Assembly: GCA_043228905.1 (NCBI GenBank)
Contig: JBHGNT010000242.1
Coordinates: 1 to 45,845, forward strand
From: Azolla caroliniana
Lineage: Eukaryota; Plantae; Polypodiophyta
Reading direction: 5' to 3'
DNA: 45,845 bases
Part shown: in pieces, positions 12,088 to 23,721 of the stretch
Layout of the letters: each line of letters starts with the position of its first letter
How positions within the stretch are numbered: the first letter of the stretch is position 1
Program-made: the position numbers and the translations under genes
Notes under the pieces: generated by a model
The model's input: the letters and a program-made list of their open reading frames with translations, nothing else
The model's database searches: none
What the model was told of the DNA's origin: nothing

Positions 12088-14292
12088 CTAAGTTGTTGTA
12101 AAAACTATTACAGTTAATACTAACAGTAACATAACTGCAACAGTTAATGCAAAAAGATAATAAGATACTCTACCACCACCTCCATATCTTATACCTTCTC
12201 CACCAAATAAGCTGAAAATTCCCGTTCCGTTGATAAAACCATCAATTAACCATCGATCAAAAAAAGTAATTGACTTACTTACAAAGATTATATTACTGAT
12301 AAAAAAAGTATCATAGAATTTATCAATATAACCTCGATTTAATGACCAACCTCGAACAAATTGTTTAAATGAATCTAAGAAAACAATATTTATAAAGTTC
12401 CTTTTTATAAAAAAAGAAAATATATTCTTTGCCAAAGAAGAGTTTGGACCATAGATTAAATAAGAAAGAAAAAACCCAACGAAAGAAAAACTTAAGGAAC
12501 CAATGGATTTTAAGAAAAACTCTGTCAAAGTTTCACGACGCTGGTCAGGGATTATCAGTGGAATTAGCCATTGGGATAAAAAATCTAGACTTGTCTCTTT
12601 AGTAAGATATTTAATTCCGATAGAACCAACGAATGGGGTAGGTATTGCCAGAAGTATTAGGGGCAACAGCATTGCAAAACTTGATTCTTTGGGAAAAGGT
12701 AAATCTCGAAAGGGAGAGGTTTCATTATTAATATCAACTACTTGACCAAGTAGAGTTAACGAATCTGCTTGATCAATGAAATGTCTTGAAGAATCCTTTT
12801 TATTTATTACGCTATTTGTTTTTTTTAAAGACTCTCCCCACAAAAAAAATTCTGTTTCTGTTTGGTAGGATTCAGAAACTTGAGCTTTTTTTATTTGGAT
12901 AGTACCACCACGAAAAAAGCCCTCGAAGGTCAGAAAGTAAATACGAAACATGTAAGATGCTGTGAAACCGGCTGTGATAGACGTTATCCATCCGAGCGAA
13001 GAAGAAAATAACCAACTTTCTGCAGTAGTTTCATCCTTGGACCAGAGACAAGCGAGTGGTGGTATACCACATAGAGAAAGAGTACCTGAAAGAAAAGTAG
13101 TTCCGGTAATCGGCATATACCTTCGTAAACCACCCATTGAAAAAAGATCCTAACTTTTAGTGGGGGAATATCCAACAATCTTTTCCATTGAATGAATTAC
13201 TGAACCAGATCCGGGAAATAATGAAGCTTTGGAATAAGCATGTGTAATCAAATGAAATAATGCAGATCGATAAGCGCCAATCCCCAAAGCTAGTACCATA
13301 TATCCTAATTGAGACATGGTAGAGTAGGCCAAACCCTTCTTAAGATCCCTTTGAGCGAGAGCAAGTGTGGATCCTAATAAAGCTGTTATTCCACCTATCC
13401 AGGATATAACATTCATACTCAAGGGTAGTAATTGAAAGAGATCAAAGATTCGAGCTATAAGAAAAATCCCCGCCGCTACCATAGTAGCGGCATGGATCAA
13501 GGCTGATATTGGTGTGGGTCCTTCCATTGCGTCAGGCAGCCATACATGCGGTGGAAATTGCGCAGACTTAGCTATCGGGCCTAAAAAGAGTAAAAGAGCC
13601 ACGATATTAGCAAGAATGGGATCGACACTACGAGTATCGATCAATTCGACGAATCGTTGACATAGTTCACAAATTTCAAAACTTCCAGTTATCCGATAGA
13701 TACCTAATATACCCAGCAACAACCCGAAATCTCCCATACGGTTAGTGACGAAGGCTTTCTGACAAGCATTGGCGGCGTTTGGTCGTGAGAACCAAAAACC
13801 GATAAGCAAGTAGGAACACATCCCCACTAATTCCCAAAACGCATGAATTTGTACTAAGTTGGGGCTGAATACCGATCCTAACATGGATGCAGCGAATAGA
13901 CTCAAATAGGTAAAGAATCTCACATATCCTTGATCGTGACACGTATAACTATCACTGTGAATCGTAACTAAGATACCTACAGTAGTAACTGGTATTGACA
14001 TAATGAGCGTGAGTGGATCTACCAAAAAACCTATCTTCGGAGGAATATCATTTCTAAGGATCCAGGGCCACAGATATTGTTTGGTGGAGTGACTAATACT
14101 TTGTTGCCAGAATGAAGATATGGATATGACCATAGAAACAGCTAGCAATGATATGCTAAGTGCAGCGCATAAACGACGAATACCGTTTGTAGCCTTGGGA
14201 AAAAAGAACGAAATTAATCCAGTTAGAGCAGAAGACACTAGTGGACAAGCGGGAATGATCCAAGCATACTCGCATGAAAACTCTACGAACAT
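12088..14292 (-). CDS. ndhF: NDH complex subunit 5 (internal TAG 13150-13152 predicted edited to CAG)
   Basis: Two in-frame ORFs joined across [13 protein letters not shown]; motifs [31 protein letters not shown]. Confidence 0.97.
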
Positions 14293-14448
14293 ATATATAT
14301 TTTTAGATTTTTTTTTTTTGAAGTTGTCTTTTCCTCCTTCATCTCGGAACTATGTAGAATGGAATGGGTGTGCTCGAGCAAATAATTAGTATTCTTTCGT
14401 TTTCATGCTAGCAATATCCAACTTTCTTTCGGACAACAACGAAAAAAC

Positions 14449-14478
14449 TTGACAGAATTAAAAAGCGTTAGAGATACT
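14449..14478 (+). promoter_or_regulatory. Candidate rpl21-rpl32 promoter
   Basis: TTGACA, 18-nt spacer, GATACT. Confidence 0.5.
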
Positions 14479-14553
14479 TATTTAAAATAGAAAACCCAAC
14501 CCTAAAAAGTTGGTTTAACAAGTCCCCTCCCTAGTCCATAAATAGAAATCGTG

Positions 14554-14916
14554 ATGAATAGATATGCAATAATCGGAATCGGTGGGGAACAACTCCGAGT
14601 GGAACCGGGGAGATTTTATGACATTCGTCATTTCGCATCACTCCGAAACGTATCAGGATCCAATGTCAACGTCAAAGCATCGATAAATCGCGTTTTACTC
14701 GTTTGTTGCGGATCCGAAATAACTATCGGACAACCATGGCTTAGTGATGCAGTTGTCAGGGGAAGATTATTACACCCTTGTTTTGGAAAGAAACTATTGA
14801 TACAGAAGATCCATTCTAAGAAGAAAACATGAAGAAAGGTGGGATATAGAGAGAAATTGACCCGATTTGTGGTTGATTCTATCTATCTCAATGGTAAAGA
14901 TTTGAACGATTACTGA
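14554..14916 (+). CDS. rpl21: Ribosomal protein L21 (internal TGA 14830-14832 predicted edited to CGA)
   Basis: MNRYAIIGIGGEQLRVEPGRFYD...SKKKT*RKVGYREKLTRFVVDSI; frame continues to TGA at 14914-14916. Confidence 0.93.
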
Positions 14917-15120
14917 ATGATTCCTCGTATCAGTCATTTTTTTACGAGCAAGATTCTTTGAGAAAGAAAGCCTTTCTATTTGTATTTTGTTTTTTCATTT
15001 TCGCTCGCGCCATCTATCAAGAAAATCCCCTCATTATATATATATCATTGCTGCGTATCAATACGATTAACCCTACTAGGAATAAAAAATAGACTTTAAC
15101 CTTAAGAAAAAAAGTTACCT

Positions 15121-15300
15121 ATGGCAGTACCAAAGAAACGTACCTCTGGTTCGAAAAAAAAAATTCGTAATCGCGTGTGGCGAGATGGGTCAGTAAATGT
15201 AGCAGCAAGAGCTCTTTCCTCAGCCCGGTCCATCTTGAGCGGTCGCTCAAAGAGCTTCTATTACGTAACAAACGAGAAAGCTTCTGGACCGAATGATTAG
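15121..15300 (+). CDS. rpl32: Ribosomal protein L32 (59 aa, absent from the ORF track)
   Basis: MAVPKKRTSGSKKKIRNRVW...ARSILSGRSKSFYY translated by hand. Confidence 0.97.
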   Translation: MAVPKKRTSGSKKKIRNRVWRDGSVNVAARALSSARSILSGRSKSFYYVTNEKASGPND

Positions 15301-15421
15301 TCTATCTCTATAACTAATTATAAGAATTATCGGATTTTCTAGTTGCGATAACCTGATTCAGGCTTGGCCAATTTGGTTAATGGGGTTCAGTACCCAGAGT
15401 TGTAGTAGTTGCAGTAAAAAA

Positions 15422-15479
15422 ATGACTATATATAATGGTATTTTTATTCGTTTGGTTATATACCATTATATATAGTCAT
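15422..15479. terminator. 20-bp inverted repeat downstream of rpl32
   Basis: ATGACTATATATAATGGTAT / ATACCATTATATATAGTCAT with 18-nt loop. Confidence 0.65.
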
Positions 15480-16162
15480 ATAGCTGCCGATATCCAGATA
15501 GAGTCTAAGTCATTAGAAAACTAGTACTAAAAAAAAAAAAACAAAAGTATGATTTCAAAGAAAACATAGTTTAGTACAAAATACCATAATTAAAAATATT
15601 ATATTTTATACCCTTCCCAATTCCTTATTTTTGAAAAACAAAAAAGAAACCAGTATAGTTTATGTCTCTAAGAGCAGAGCTAAAAATTCATTGTTTAACA
15701 TCACGATGTTATTTTATGAAATCTTTTGAATATAGGTATCGACTGTTTTTCTTAGAAGCCAACTAAATCTATTGAATTTGAAGTTATGGGTACTGTCAGA
15801 CCTCTAACTTAAAAAGTGTCGGATATTTTTAATTGGTAGTACGAGTAACAAAGCTTATTTTTCTTTATTGGGAAAGAAAACGAATGGATAATTGAAAGGA
15901 TCCTTGTTTCAGACCACCGTACTTGGAATGGAAATTAAACAAATAATTTTATTTTGTGCGGGATTTTTGGATAATAGAAAAATCCGAGAACAAGAGGCTT
16001 GAGGAGGGGGTTCAACAACGTAAAAAAATCATAGCTTGGACATAGCCAGAGTTTCTTGTTTCATCCGTATGAGATTTCGTATTTCTTATTACTCGAACGA
16101 AGAAAATGAATATGGGATAATTGACACTCCTTTATATTCCTTCGCCTTTATTTGTTCCTGAA

Positions 16163-16236
16163 TCGGAATAACAGGATTCGAACCTGTGACCTCCACCACC
16201 CCAAGGTGGCGCGCTACCAAACTGCGCTATATCCCG
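16163..16236 (-). tRNA. trnP-GGG: tRNA-Pro(GGG)
   Basis: CGGGATATAGCGCAGTTTGGTAGCGCG-CCACC-TTGGGGT-GGTGG-AGGTCACAGGTTCGAATCCTGTTATTCCGA, intact cloverleaf. Confidence 0.95.
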
Positions 16237-16353
16237 TGACTTTCATACGAGTATAGCACTAAATATCAATCGAGGTTTAGATTCTCTATCGTGCAGAAAT
16301 AGAATTTCCTTTTTAAAATTCGCTCTTTGTAAAAAAAAAAAAGAAATGCAGTG

Positions 16354-16383
16354 TTGACCTCTTATACGAGACTATGATAGAAT
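16354..16383 (+). promoter_or_regulatory. Candidate trnL-UAG/ccsA promoter
   Basis: TTGACC, 18-nt spacer, TAGAAT, 22 nt upstream of trnL. Confidence 0.55.
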
Positions 16384-16405
16384 CAATTAGGGTGAAGCAT
16401 ATGCC

Positions 16406-16485
16406 GCCGCTATGGTGAAACTGGTAGACACGCTGCTCTTAGGAAGCAGTGCTAGAGCATCTCGGTTCGAATCCGAGTAGCGGCA
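16406..16485 (+). tRNA. trnL-UAG: tRNA-Leu(UAG)
   Basis: Acceptor GCCGCTA/TAGCGGC, anticodon arm CTGCT-CTTAGGA-AGCAG, long variable arm. Confidence 0.97.
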
Positions 16486-16719
16486 TTCGGGTTCGAGTTT
16501 AATAAACTTTTTTATTTGTCAAATAAAAAACAATTTAACGAAAGGGACAAAAAAAAGGAATGGGTTTTACTTTTCAAACCTGGTATAGCTAGATTTTCTA
16601 TAATGATATAATCCATTTTTTAAATGGAGGATACGGTAACAAACGGTATGAGCTGCTAGATATTTATTAATCTTATACTGATTCAACCTGATTAACCGAT
16701 CGACTGGTCCTTCTCTATT

Positions 16720-17694
16720 ACGACATACATCGATATAGAGTACATATGTGCGCATATTTCTTTCATTATGCTCCTTGTCGTTACTTCACTCCATTGGATC
16801 GTTCTAAGCTATAAATCTGATAAATTGAATAATTTGATCAATAAAGGTATGGCAGTTGCCTCTCTCCGTATAACAGGTTTTTTGTTGATTCGATGGATCG
16901 AAACCAAGCATTTACCCTTGAGCAATCTGTATGAATCGTCCATGTTTCTATCGTGGAGCTTCTCCTTATTGTACATACTTTTAAAAATAGGAAATCAAAA
17001 TGAATGGTCAGGTGCTGTTGTGGCACCGGGTGCTACATCGACTCATGCATTTGCTACTTCGGGTCTACCTGAGGAAATACAACGATCCACGCAGCTAGTA
17101 CCCGCTTCACAGTCCCACTGGTTGATGATGCATGTAAGTACGACGCTACCGAGCTACGCAACCCCTTCATGTGGATCTCTATCGGCAATAGCTTTACCAA
17201 TTATCTATTTTGATAGAAAAACCGGTAGTTTCGTTTATGAATCTAATCGTGGGTTCAGTCAGGAAACGTACGTCCGTGCGTCAGATACAACTTTTTTTTA
17301 TTCTGATCAAAGAAAAGCTGATGTGGAAAGGCCTTTTTTCTATTTGCTATCCCCTAATTTGCGTAAGTGTCGACTTGTTAATCAACTGGATCAATGGGCT
17401 TATAATATAATAAGTTTAGGATTTTCCCTCTCAACTATTGGTATTCTCTCTGGAGCAGTATGGGCCAATGAAGCGTGGGGATCTTACCGGAGCTGGGATC
17501 CTAAAGAGACTTGGGCGTTAGTGACTTGGTTAATACATGCAATTTATCTTCATACCAAAATGACTCAATGTTGGGGAAAGGAAGGACCTGCCATAGTAGC
17601 ATCTATTGGATTTTTTTTGGTTCGGATTCGCTTTTTGGGAGTAAACTTACTGGGAATCGGATTACACAATCATGGATGGCTAGCCCAGCAATAA
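16720..17694 (+). CDS. ccsA: Cytochrome c biogenesis protein CcsA (ACG start predicted edited to AUG)
   Basis: PLSNLYES, WLMMHVS, GAVWANEAWGSYxSWDPKETW. In-frame ACG at 16720 restores the conserved N-terminal ..E.I..HISF segment. Confidence 0.95.
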   Translation, partial: TTYIDIEYICAHISFIMLLVVTSLHWIVLSYKSDKLNNLINKGMAVASLRITGFLLIRWIETKHLPLSNLYESSMFLSWSFSLLYILLKIGNQNEWSGAVVAPGATSTHAFATSGLPEEIQRSTQLVPASQSHWLMMHVSTTLPSYATPSCGSLSAIALPIIYFDRKTGSFVYESNRGFSQETYVRASDTTFFYSDQRKADVERPFFYLLSPNLRKCRLVNQLDQWAYNIISLGFSLSTIGILSGAVWANEAWGSYRSWDPKETWALVTWLIHAIYLHTKMTQCWGKEGPAIVASIGFFLVRIRFLGVNLLGIGLHNHGWLAQQ

Positions 17695-18097
17695 GCTAAA
17701 CCACAAGATAATTTCTAAAAAAAAGTGAATTTAGATTCATTCACAAATTGAAAAATGAAAAAATCTGTATAACTATATCGAGTTGGTATATCAGTTTCGT
17801 TGGAGACGGGAACCAGTAGAAACGAACAGATAGTATGATTCTTATTATCTCATCTTTTTCCTTGTCGTTTTCTTTTACTTTCCTCCATCCTTCTCTGGAA
17901 TTATGAGTACAGTTGATAATATCATCTGTCAGGAAGTAAGTAGGGGTTACCTTTTGAGCGTTCCCCAAATACCAGAAAATCTGCAAAGCAAAACTTTGAT
18001 GATATCGAGTTTAAAGTCTAAATTAACTTTAGACTTCTAGCATTAACCAATCAGCAAGAGTTTGAGACAAAAAAATATCATTTATAAGATCTAAATG

Positions 18098-18153
18098 AAA
18101 AAAAAGGAAAAAATATATATATAGAATTATATATATATTTTTTTCCTTTTTTT
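18098..18153. terminator. AT-rich hairpin between convergent ccsA and ndhD
   Basis: AAAAAAAGGAAAAAATATATATATA-GAAT-TATATATATATTTTTTTCCTTTTTTT (one bulge), 20 nt from the ndhD stop. Confidence 0.7.
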
Positions 18154-18173
18154 GCACCTATATATCCATCATT

Positions 18174-19682
18174 TCACAATGAAAGGGAATGTAAAGACAA
18201 AATTGAAAGTACATCATTGTTCCATAAACTCAGAACCATGTTTGGGTATAGACCGATACCTAGTATAGGTAGGAAAAGACAAACTGAAGTAAATAGTTCT
18301 CTAGGTCCAGAATCGGTTAGATACGGATCTAATTTGTTGGATTGTTTGTACCCATAAAAGGTTCGACGTAACATAGATAATGGATAGATGGGGGTTAATG
18401 CTGTACCAATAGCTTCTACTACAGTTATTCCGACTTTGAATAAGAACGAATATTGCTTGTTAGTGACAACTCCCGGGAATACTAATGATTCTGATGCGAA
18501 CCCACTCATTCCTGGTAATGCTAAAGATGCAAACGAAAAGATAGTAAACATTATAAATAGTCTAGGCATTTGAATTGCCATTCCTCCTAGTTGATCCAAA
18601 AAAAGAGTACGAGTTCGATCGTATAGAGTCCCTGCGAGAAAGAAAAGGGCTGCACCTATCAAACCATGGGAAATCATTTGTAATATAGCTCCATTAATAC
18701 CCATGTTTGTTGAAGAGCCTATTCCGATTGTTACAAAGCCCATGTGAGAGATGGAAGAATAGGCTATTCTCCTCTTGAGATTACGTTGACTGATGGAAAT
18801 AATAGAGGCGTATACGATCTGGGCCGCTCCCAACAAAACTAACCATGAGCTGTAGATGGAGTGTGCATGGGTCAGTATCCCTAGGTTTATTCGGACCAGT
18901 CCGTACCCTCCCATTTTGAGTAATATCCCAGCGAGTAACATACATGTACTGTAATGAGCCTCGCCATGAGTGTCAGGTAACCAAGTATGAAAAGGAAAGA
19001 GTGGTAGTTTTACGGCATAAGCTATTAGAAAACCTAAATAGATAAGGACTTCGGATGTTATAGGATACGATTTATAAGTCAAATCCTGAATGTCGAAAGA
19101 GGGTGTCTCTGTTCCATAGAAACCCGTAGTTAACGCAGCTATTAAAAGGAAAATGGAACCACCAGCTGTATATAGAACAAATTTGGTAGCTGAGTATGAA
19201 CGTCTCTTCCCGCCCCACAAACACAAAAGCAAATAGACTGGAATAAGTTCGAGCTCCCACATGAGGAAGAAAAGCAAAATATCCCGAGAGGCAAATAATC
19301 CGATTTGGCCACTATACATGGCTAACATTAGGAAATAGAATAGTCTTGTATTGCGTGTTATTGGCCAAGCTGCCGAAGTCGCCGAAGTTGTAACAAAACC
19401 CGTTGATAGAATGAGACCCATGGAAAGTCCGTCGATACCTGAACTCCAATGGAATTTAATAGAGTTTATCCAGTTTAATTTTTCTACCAACTGAACAAAA
19501 TTAGAATCAATTTGAAAATGGCAATGAAATGTATGAATTATCAATAAGAATTCTGGTATACGAATGCCCGGAGTGTACCATCGGATTATTCTATTTCCGT
19601 TACGAGGCAGCATCGGAAGAAGCAAACCAGCAAAGATTGGAAAGAGAACTATTATTGTTAGCCGAGGTACGTTACTAATCAT
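18174..19682 (-). CDS. ndhD: NDH complex subunit 4
   Basis: 502 aa; [39 protein letters not shown]. Confidence 0.98.
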   Translation of the reverse strand: MISNVPRLTIIVLFPIFAGLLLPMLPRNGNRIIRWYTPGIRIPEFLLIIHTFHCHFQIDSNFVQLVEKLNWINSIKFHWSSGIDGLSMGLILSTGFVTTSATSAAWPITRNTRLFYFLMLAMYSGQIGLFASRDILLFFLMWELELIPVYLLLCLWGGKRRSYSATKFVLYTAGGSIFLLIAALTTGFYGTETPSFDIQDLTYKSYPITSEVLIYLGFLIAYAVKLPLFPFHTWLPDTHGEAHYSTCMLLAGILLKMGGYGLVRINLGILTHAHSIYSSWLVLLGAAQIVYASIISISQRNLKRRIAYSSISHMGFVTIGIGSSTNMGINGAILQMISHGLIGAALFFLAGTLYDRTRTLFLDQLGGMAIQMPRLFIMFTIFSFASLALPGMSGFASESLVFPGVVTNKQYSFLFKVGITVVEAIGTALTPIYPLSMLRRTFYGYKQSNKLDPYLTDSGPRELFTSVCLFLPILGIGLYPNMVLSLWNNDVLSILSLHSLSL

Positions 19683-19870
19683 TTATGTATGGGAAGGAGA
19701 AAGAAAGAAGATGTTGTAGGGTTGATTATGTTATGCGAACTGTGCATTTCGACCCATACTCAGACTTCGTTATCACGAAACTTCGAATATGGGCCGAAAA
19801 AGAATGAGGACTAATGAGGACTAAATTGGATCAATTTTGTTTCGTTGTTTATACCCTATCTCTCATTCAA

Positions 19871-20116
<246 letters not shown>

Positions 20117-20433
20117 TTAGTCTATTTACTCCTATCGGATTTTTATATCGAAACCTACCGCATGTGGATTACGATTAGACCTTTGTTCTATTCCTCATAC
20201 GGATGTTACTGATTCTCGTCTGGGATGCATCCCATGTACGGGATTTGCACGGTCCACCGCTAGACCACAACCTTTTTTGTTGTTTTATTGACTCGTTCCT
20301 GACTCATGTTTCTCACAAAAGAGAGATGGAAGGAACAGGGATCAACGACACGGTTCGTTCGACACTGATATCTATTACTGAATCGGGTACCGATTTGATC
20401 GGATCCGGGAAAAAATCCATACTGATCAATCGA

Positions 20434-20745
20434 TTACCATTTTAACAAATCGAATTGATCGATACGAGTCGATCTTCTGTTTCGCCGAATAACGAGAGCA
20501 AGGGCTAACCCAATGGCAGCTTCGGCGGCTGCAACAGCTATAATGAATAAACAAAAGATTTCTCCCCTCGTTTGCTGGATTGAATCATCAAAAAGAAGAT
20601 GAGAGAATGCTATAATGTTAATATTAATTGCATTAAATATTGACTCAAGACACATTAGTGCCCTAACCGTGTTTCGACTCGTGATCAATCCAAAGAAACC
20701 AACACAATGGGGATAAGCACCTAAAACTAGTCCGTGTTCGAGCAT
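20434..20745 (-). CDS. ndhE: NDH complex subunit 4L
   Basis: MLEH...[15 protein letters not shown]...[10 protein letters not shown]...[10 protein letters not shown]. Confidence 0.97.
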   Translation of the reverse strand: MLEHGLVLGAYPHCVGFFGLITSRNTVRALMCLESIFNAININIIAFSHLLFDDSIQQTRGEIFCLFIIAVAAAEAAIGLALALVIRRNRRSTRIDQFDLLKW

Positions 20746-20855
20746 AAATTATCAACTTCCCCCTCCTTCTAAGAATAGTGACAATAGATTCCTTTTTCTT
20801 CCTATATAAAACTGTCTTTTCATCGATTCTGTATTTATAAAGTCACCATGATTGA

Positions 20856-21443
20856 TCAAGATGAAGAATTATCCTGGGATGACGGTGGAACCTTTTTTTT
20901 TATGGCTAACCCATCATTACGAGCCATGGTAATAGCTCCTACTAGAGCGATTAGGAGTAGTATCGAAAGCGGTTCAAACGGAACGATAAAGGTGGTTAAT
21001 AGTTGGTATCCCGCTTCTTGAGCATTATTCTTCGGAGCGTCCCCCACGGAAATAGAAAAATTCAACCGATCGATTGATTGTACATCCGACCATTTCGTAC
21101 CATGAATCATAGCAATTAGTAGTGAAGAAAGGCCTACACGAACTACCGAAGCTATGGAGTATCCTGCATTCAAAGGTGTACGAGGACCCGCCGGCTCGTC
21201 AGTGACCATAACAGCAGACACGATTAAAACATTTATAGCTCCTACATAGATAAGCAATTGTGCCGCAGCTACAGAATCGGCATTCAATACGAGGTATGAT
21301 GGAGATACACAGGTGAACACCAACCCTGGAAGAAAAGCAGAATGAACCACATTAGGAAGTAATACTACTCCCAAACTCCCTAGTAGAATACCTGATTCTA
21401 TTAATACCAAAATAACTTGATGAATTGATTCAGATAGATTCAT
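20856..21443 (-). CDS. ndhG: NDH complex subunit 6
   Basis: AAAQLLIYVGAINVLI, PFE..SILLLIALVGAITMAR. Confidence 0.97.
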   Translation of the reverse strand: MNLSESIHQVILVLIESGILLGSLGVVLLPNVVHSAFLPGLVFTCVSPSYLVLNADSVAAAQLLIYVGAINVLIVSAVMVTDEPAGPRTPLNAGYSIASVVRVGLSSLLIAMIHGTKWSDVQSIDRLNFSISVGDAPKNNAQEAGYQLLTTFIVPFEPLSILLLIALVGAITMARNDGLAIKKKVPPSSQDNSSS

Positions 21444-21554
21444 TGTACATAATTGATTGCTAAAAATTTTTGTCTCATTTTCCAGCCCATTCTATTTTTT
21501 CGTATATTTTTGTGATCGCGCACGGCGAGACAGGTCGGTTATTATCCCAAAAAA

Positions 21555-22106
21555 TCAATCGCTGATATGAGTAATGGTTCGATCAACAACGAAAAATCCA
21601 TCAATAACTCTTTTTGGTAAGCGAGTTGTTGAAACTGTCTGGATCGAAACGTCTTGAGAAATAGAGAGGGGTAAACGCCCCGAAGCTGTTTGGTCGTAAT
21701 TCAATTCATGACGATCGTAACTCGAAGGTTCATACTCCTCAGTCATTGACAAACAATTGGTTGGGCAATATTCGACACGATTCCCGCAGAAGATGCAAAC
21801 TCCAAAATCAATGCTATAACTCTTCAATTGCTTCTTTTTCATGCTCTTCACCAACATCCAATCAACGACAGGCAGATTGATCGGGCACACTCGGACACAG
21901 ACTTCGCAAGCGATACATTTGTCGAATTCAAAGTGAATACGACCGCGAAAACGTTCGGATGGTACAGTTTTTTCATACGGATATTGGATGGTTATAGGCG
22001 AACGGCTCGAATGGTCTAAAGTAACTGCAAATCCCTGACCAATGTATTTCGCAGCATCTAGTGCTTGTTGTCCATGATTCTGAAACGTCATTAATGTTGA
22101 AAACGT
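21555..22106 (-). CDS. ndhI: NDH complex subunit I (ACG start predicted edited)
   Basis: [25 protein letters not shown] and CIFCGN(R>C)VEYCP. In-frame ACG at 22106 gives an MFS.. N-terminus. Confidence 0.96.
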   Translation of the reverse strand, partial: TFSTLMTFQNHGQQALDAAKYIGQGFAVTLDHSSRSPITIQYPYEKTVPSERFRGRIHFEFDKCIACEVCVRVCPINLPVVDWMLVKSMKKKQLKSYSIDFGVCIFCGNRVEYCPTNCLSMTEEYEPSSYDRHELNYDQTASGRLPLSISQDVSIQTVSTTRLPKRVIDGFFVVDRTITHISD

Positions 22107-22269
22107 GTGATAGATAAACCTAATCTTATTTTTTTTTTTTACTTTTTAAACCCAAGAATAGAAATAAATAAGTATAAATCTATAAATATTTACTTATGAT
22201 TTCATACTAGATTTAGATAGACTTTACTTAAAGTGGATTTGAAACGAACGAAAAAAAGGATAACATACG

Positions 22270-22826
22270 TTATTTAAGTGAAAAAGGTTGGAATGGAGCT
22301 GTCGGCAACAGATTCCCCAGAGAGATGGGCAAGAGAAATTTCCATCCGAGATCTAATAACTGATCTATTCTTACTCTGGGTAATGTCCATCTCGTCAAAA
22401 TAGATATGAATAAGAATAAATAACATTTTGATAGTGTAGTAACAATATCTATCACTATCTTAAATGAAGTACTTAACTCACTACTGAAACCCCAAGATAA
22501 AGATTCTTGTGTGAGTTTCTCCAAGAACGGAATTGATGAATCCCATCCACCTAGATAAAGGACTGTTACAAATGATGAAGGAACCAATAGATTCGGATAG
22601 GAACCGACATAAAATAAACCAAATTTTATTCCCGAATATTCAGTTTGATAACCTGCCACCAGTTCCTCCTCCGCCTCTGGTAGATCGAATGGTAGTCTTT
22701 CACATTCTGCCAGTGATGCAATGAAGAACGCTATAAAACCTATGGGCTGCCGCCACAGATTCCACCCCAAGAAACCATACTTGGATTGCGTTTCAACGAT
22801 ATCGACCGTACTCAAACTACCGGATA
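22270..22826 (-). CDS. ndhA: NDH complex subunit 1, exon 2
   Basis: (L)[11 protein letters not shown]...[23 protein letters not shown]...[13 protein letters not shown]. Confidence 0.95.
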
Positions 22827-23721
22827 AGGATAGTCGACAGCATCGCTCTGGTTGCCGCCTCTAATGCAGAACCGTACATGAATTTGATTTTCATACGGCT
22901 CCCCATCGACTCGTTCGATCCTTTTTTTGTACCGCGAAATACGGAACTGTATAAGATTTCCCTATCAATGAGATTCCGTTTGCTAGAAAGTGATTGCTTC
23001 TGAATCTATCTCTACCTTACCAGTTCTTAATATTAGTTTCTTAATTGCACCAAACCTTTTTGGTTCGTCGTAAGATAAGTACCCACCCATCTAGAAAACC
23101 ACATTTGAAAACCAAGGTACAAAAAAATTTCAGCAATCTTTTAAAGTATGTATATAAAAAAAAAACCTTGTTTTTGCTAGATTTGGTAGACTGTTACAAA
23201 GGTTGTTTCGTTCCAAATAGTCATGATTCGCGTAGATAGAAATATACTCGAGATTGAGATTTTTTCTAGGTGTACGACTCAGTCACCCCCACCAAAGCTG
23301 AGCCTTGTAAATCCTCTAAAAAAAAGGACAAATTTTTTGTTTGGTAATTCCCCGAACTAATCCAAACTTATCCGTGTATATATATATATATATATCTTTT
23401 TTTTCTCTATTTGTCTAACGAATCTCTTGTGTATATTAGTGTTCCTTACCATCTACTTTCGTTTAATCCTAACATGTTCTATTTTATTAGGATTCTTAGT
23501 ATCCGCTACAGGTTTTGGTGGATTCGCCTAAATCTGGATTTAAGCGGTGCCTGCCGCTCGGATATACTTTACACCCGCACACGGTGAATGGGGCTTGATC
23601 TAGTAACTGCGATATGCTGTTCGATCTCACCCAAATGACTATTTAGTTTATGAAGAAACGATACATTAATTTCCTAAGCCTAAGAATTTTTTTCATCTTC
23701 GTTTCGTTCAACGAATCGCAC
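22827..23721 (-). other. ndhA: ndhA group II intron (895 bp)
   Basis: 5' GTGCG at 23721; domain V AGCCGTATGAAAATCAAATTCATGTACGGTTCT at ~22868-22900. Splicing gives a 1107-bp in-frame CDS. Confidence 0.92.

Noticed and set aside
15355-15415. Possible tRNA pseudogene (TGGCCAATTTGGTTAA resembles a D-loop)
   Set aside because: No T-arm or acceptor stem can be built.
19804-19825. 10-bp tandem duplication AATGAGGACT; also the 6-bp AGAAAT duplication in rps7 (2163-2174) and TA microsatellites
   Set aside because: Ordinary slippage products.
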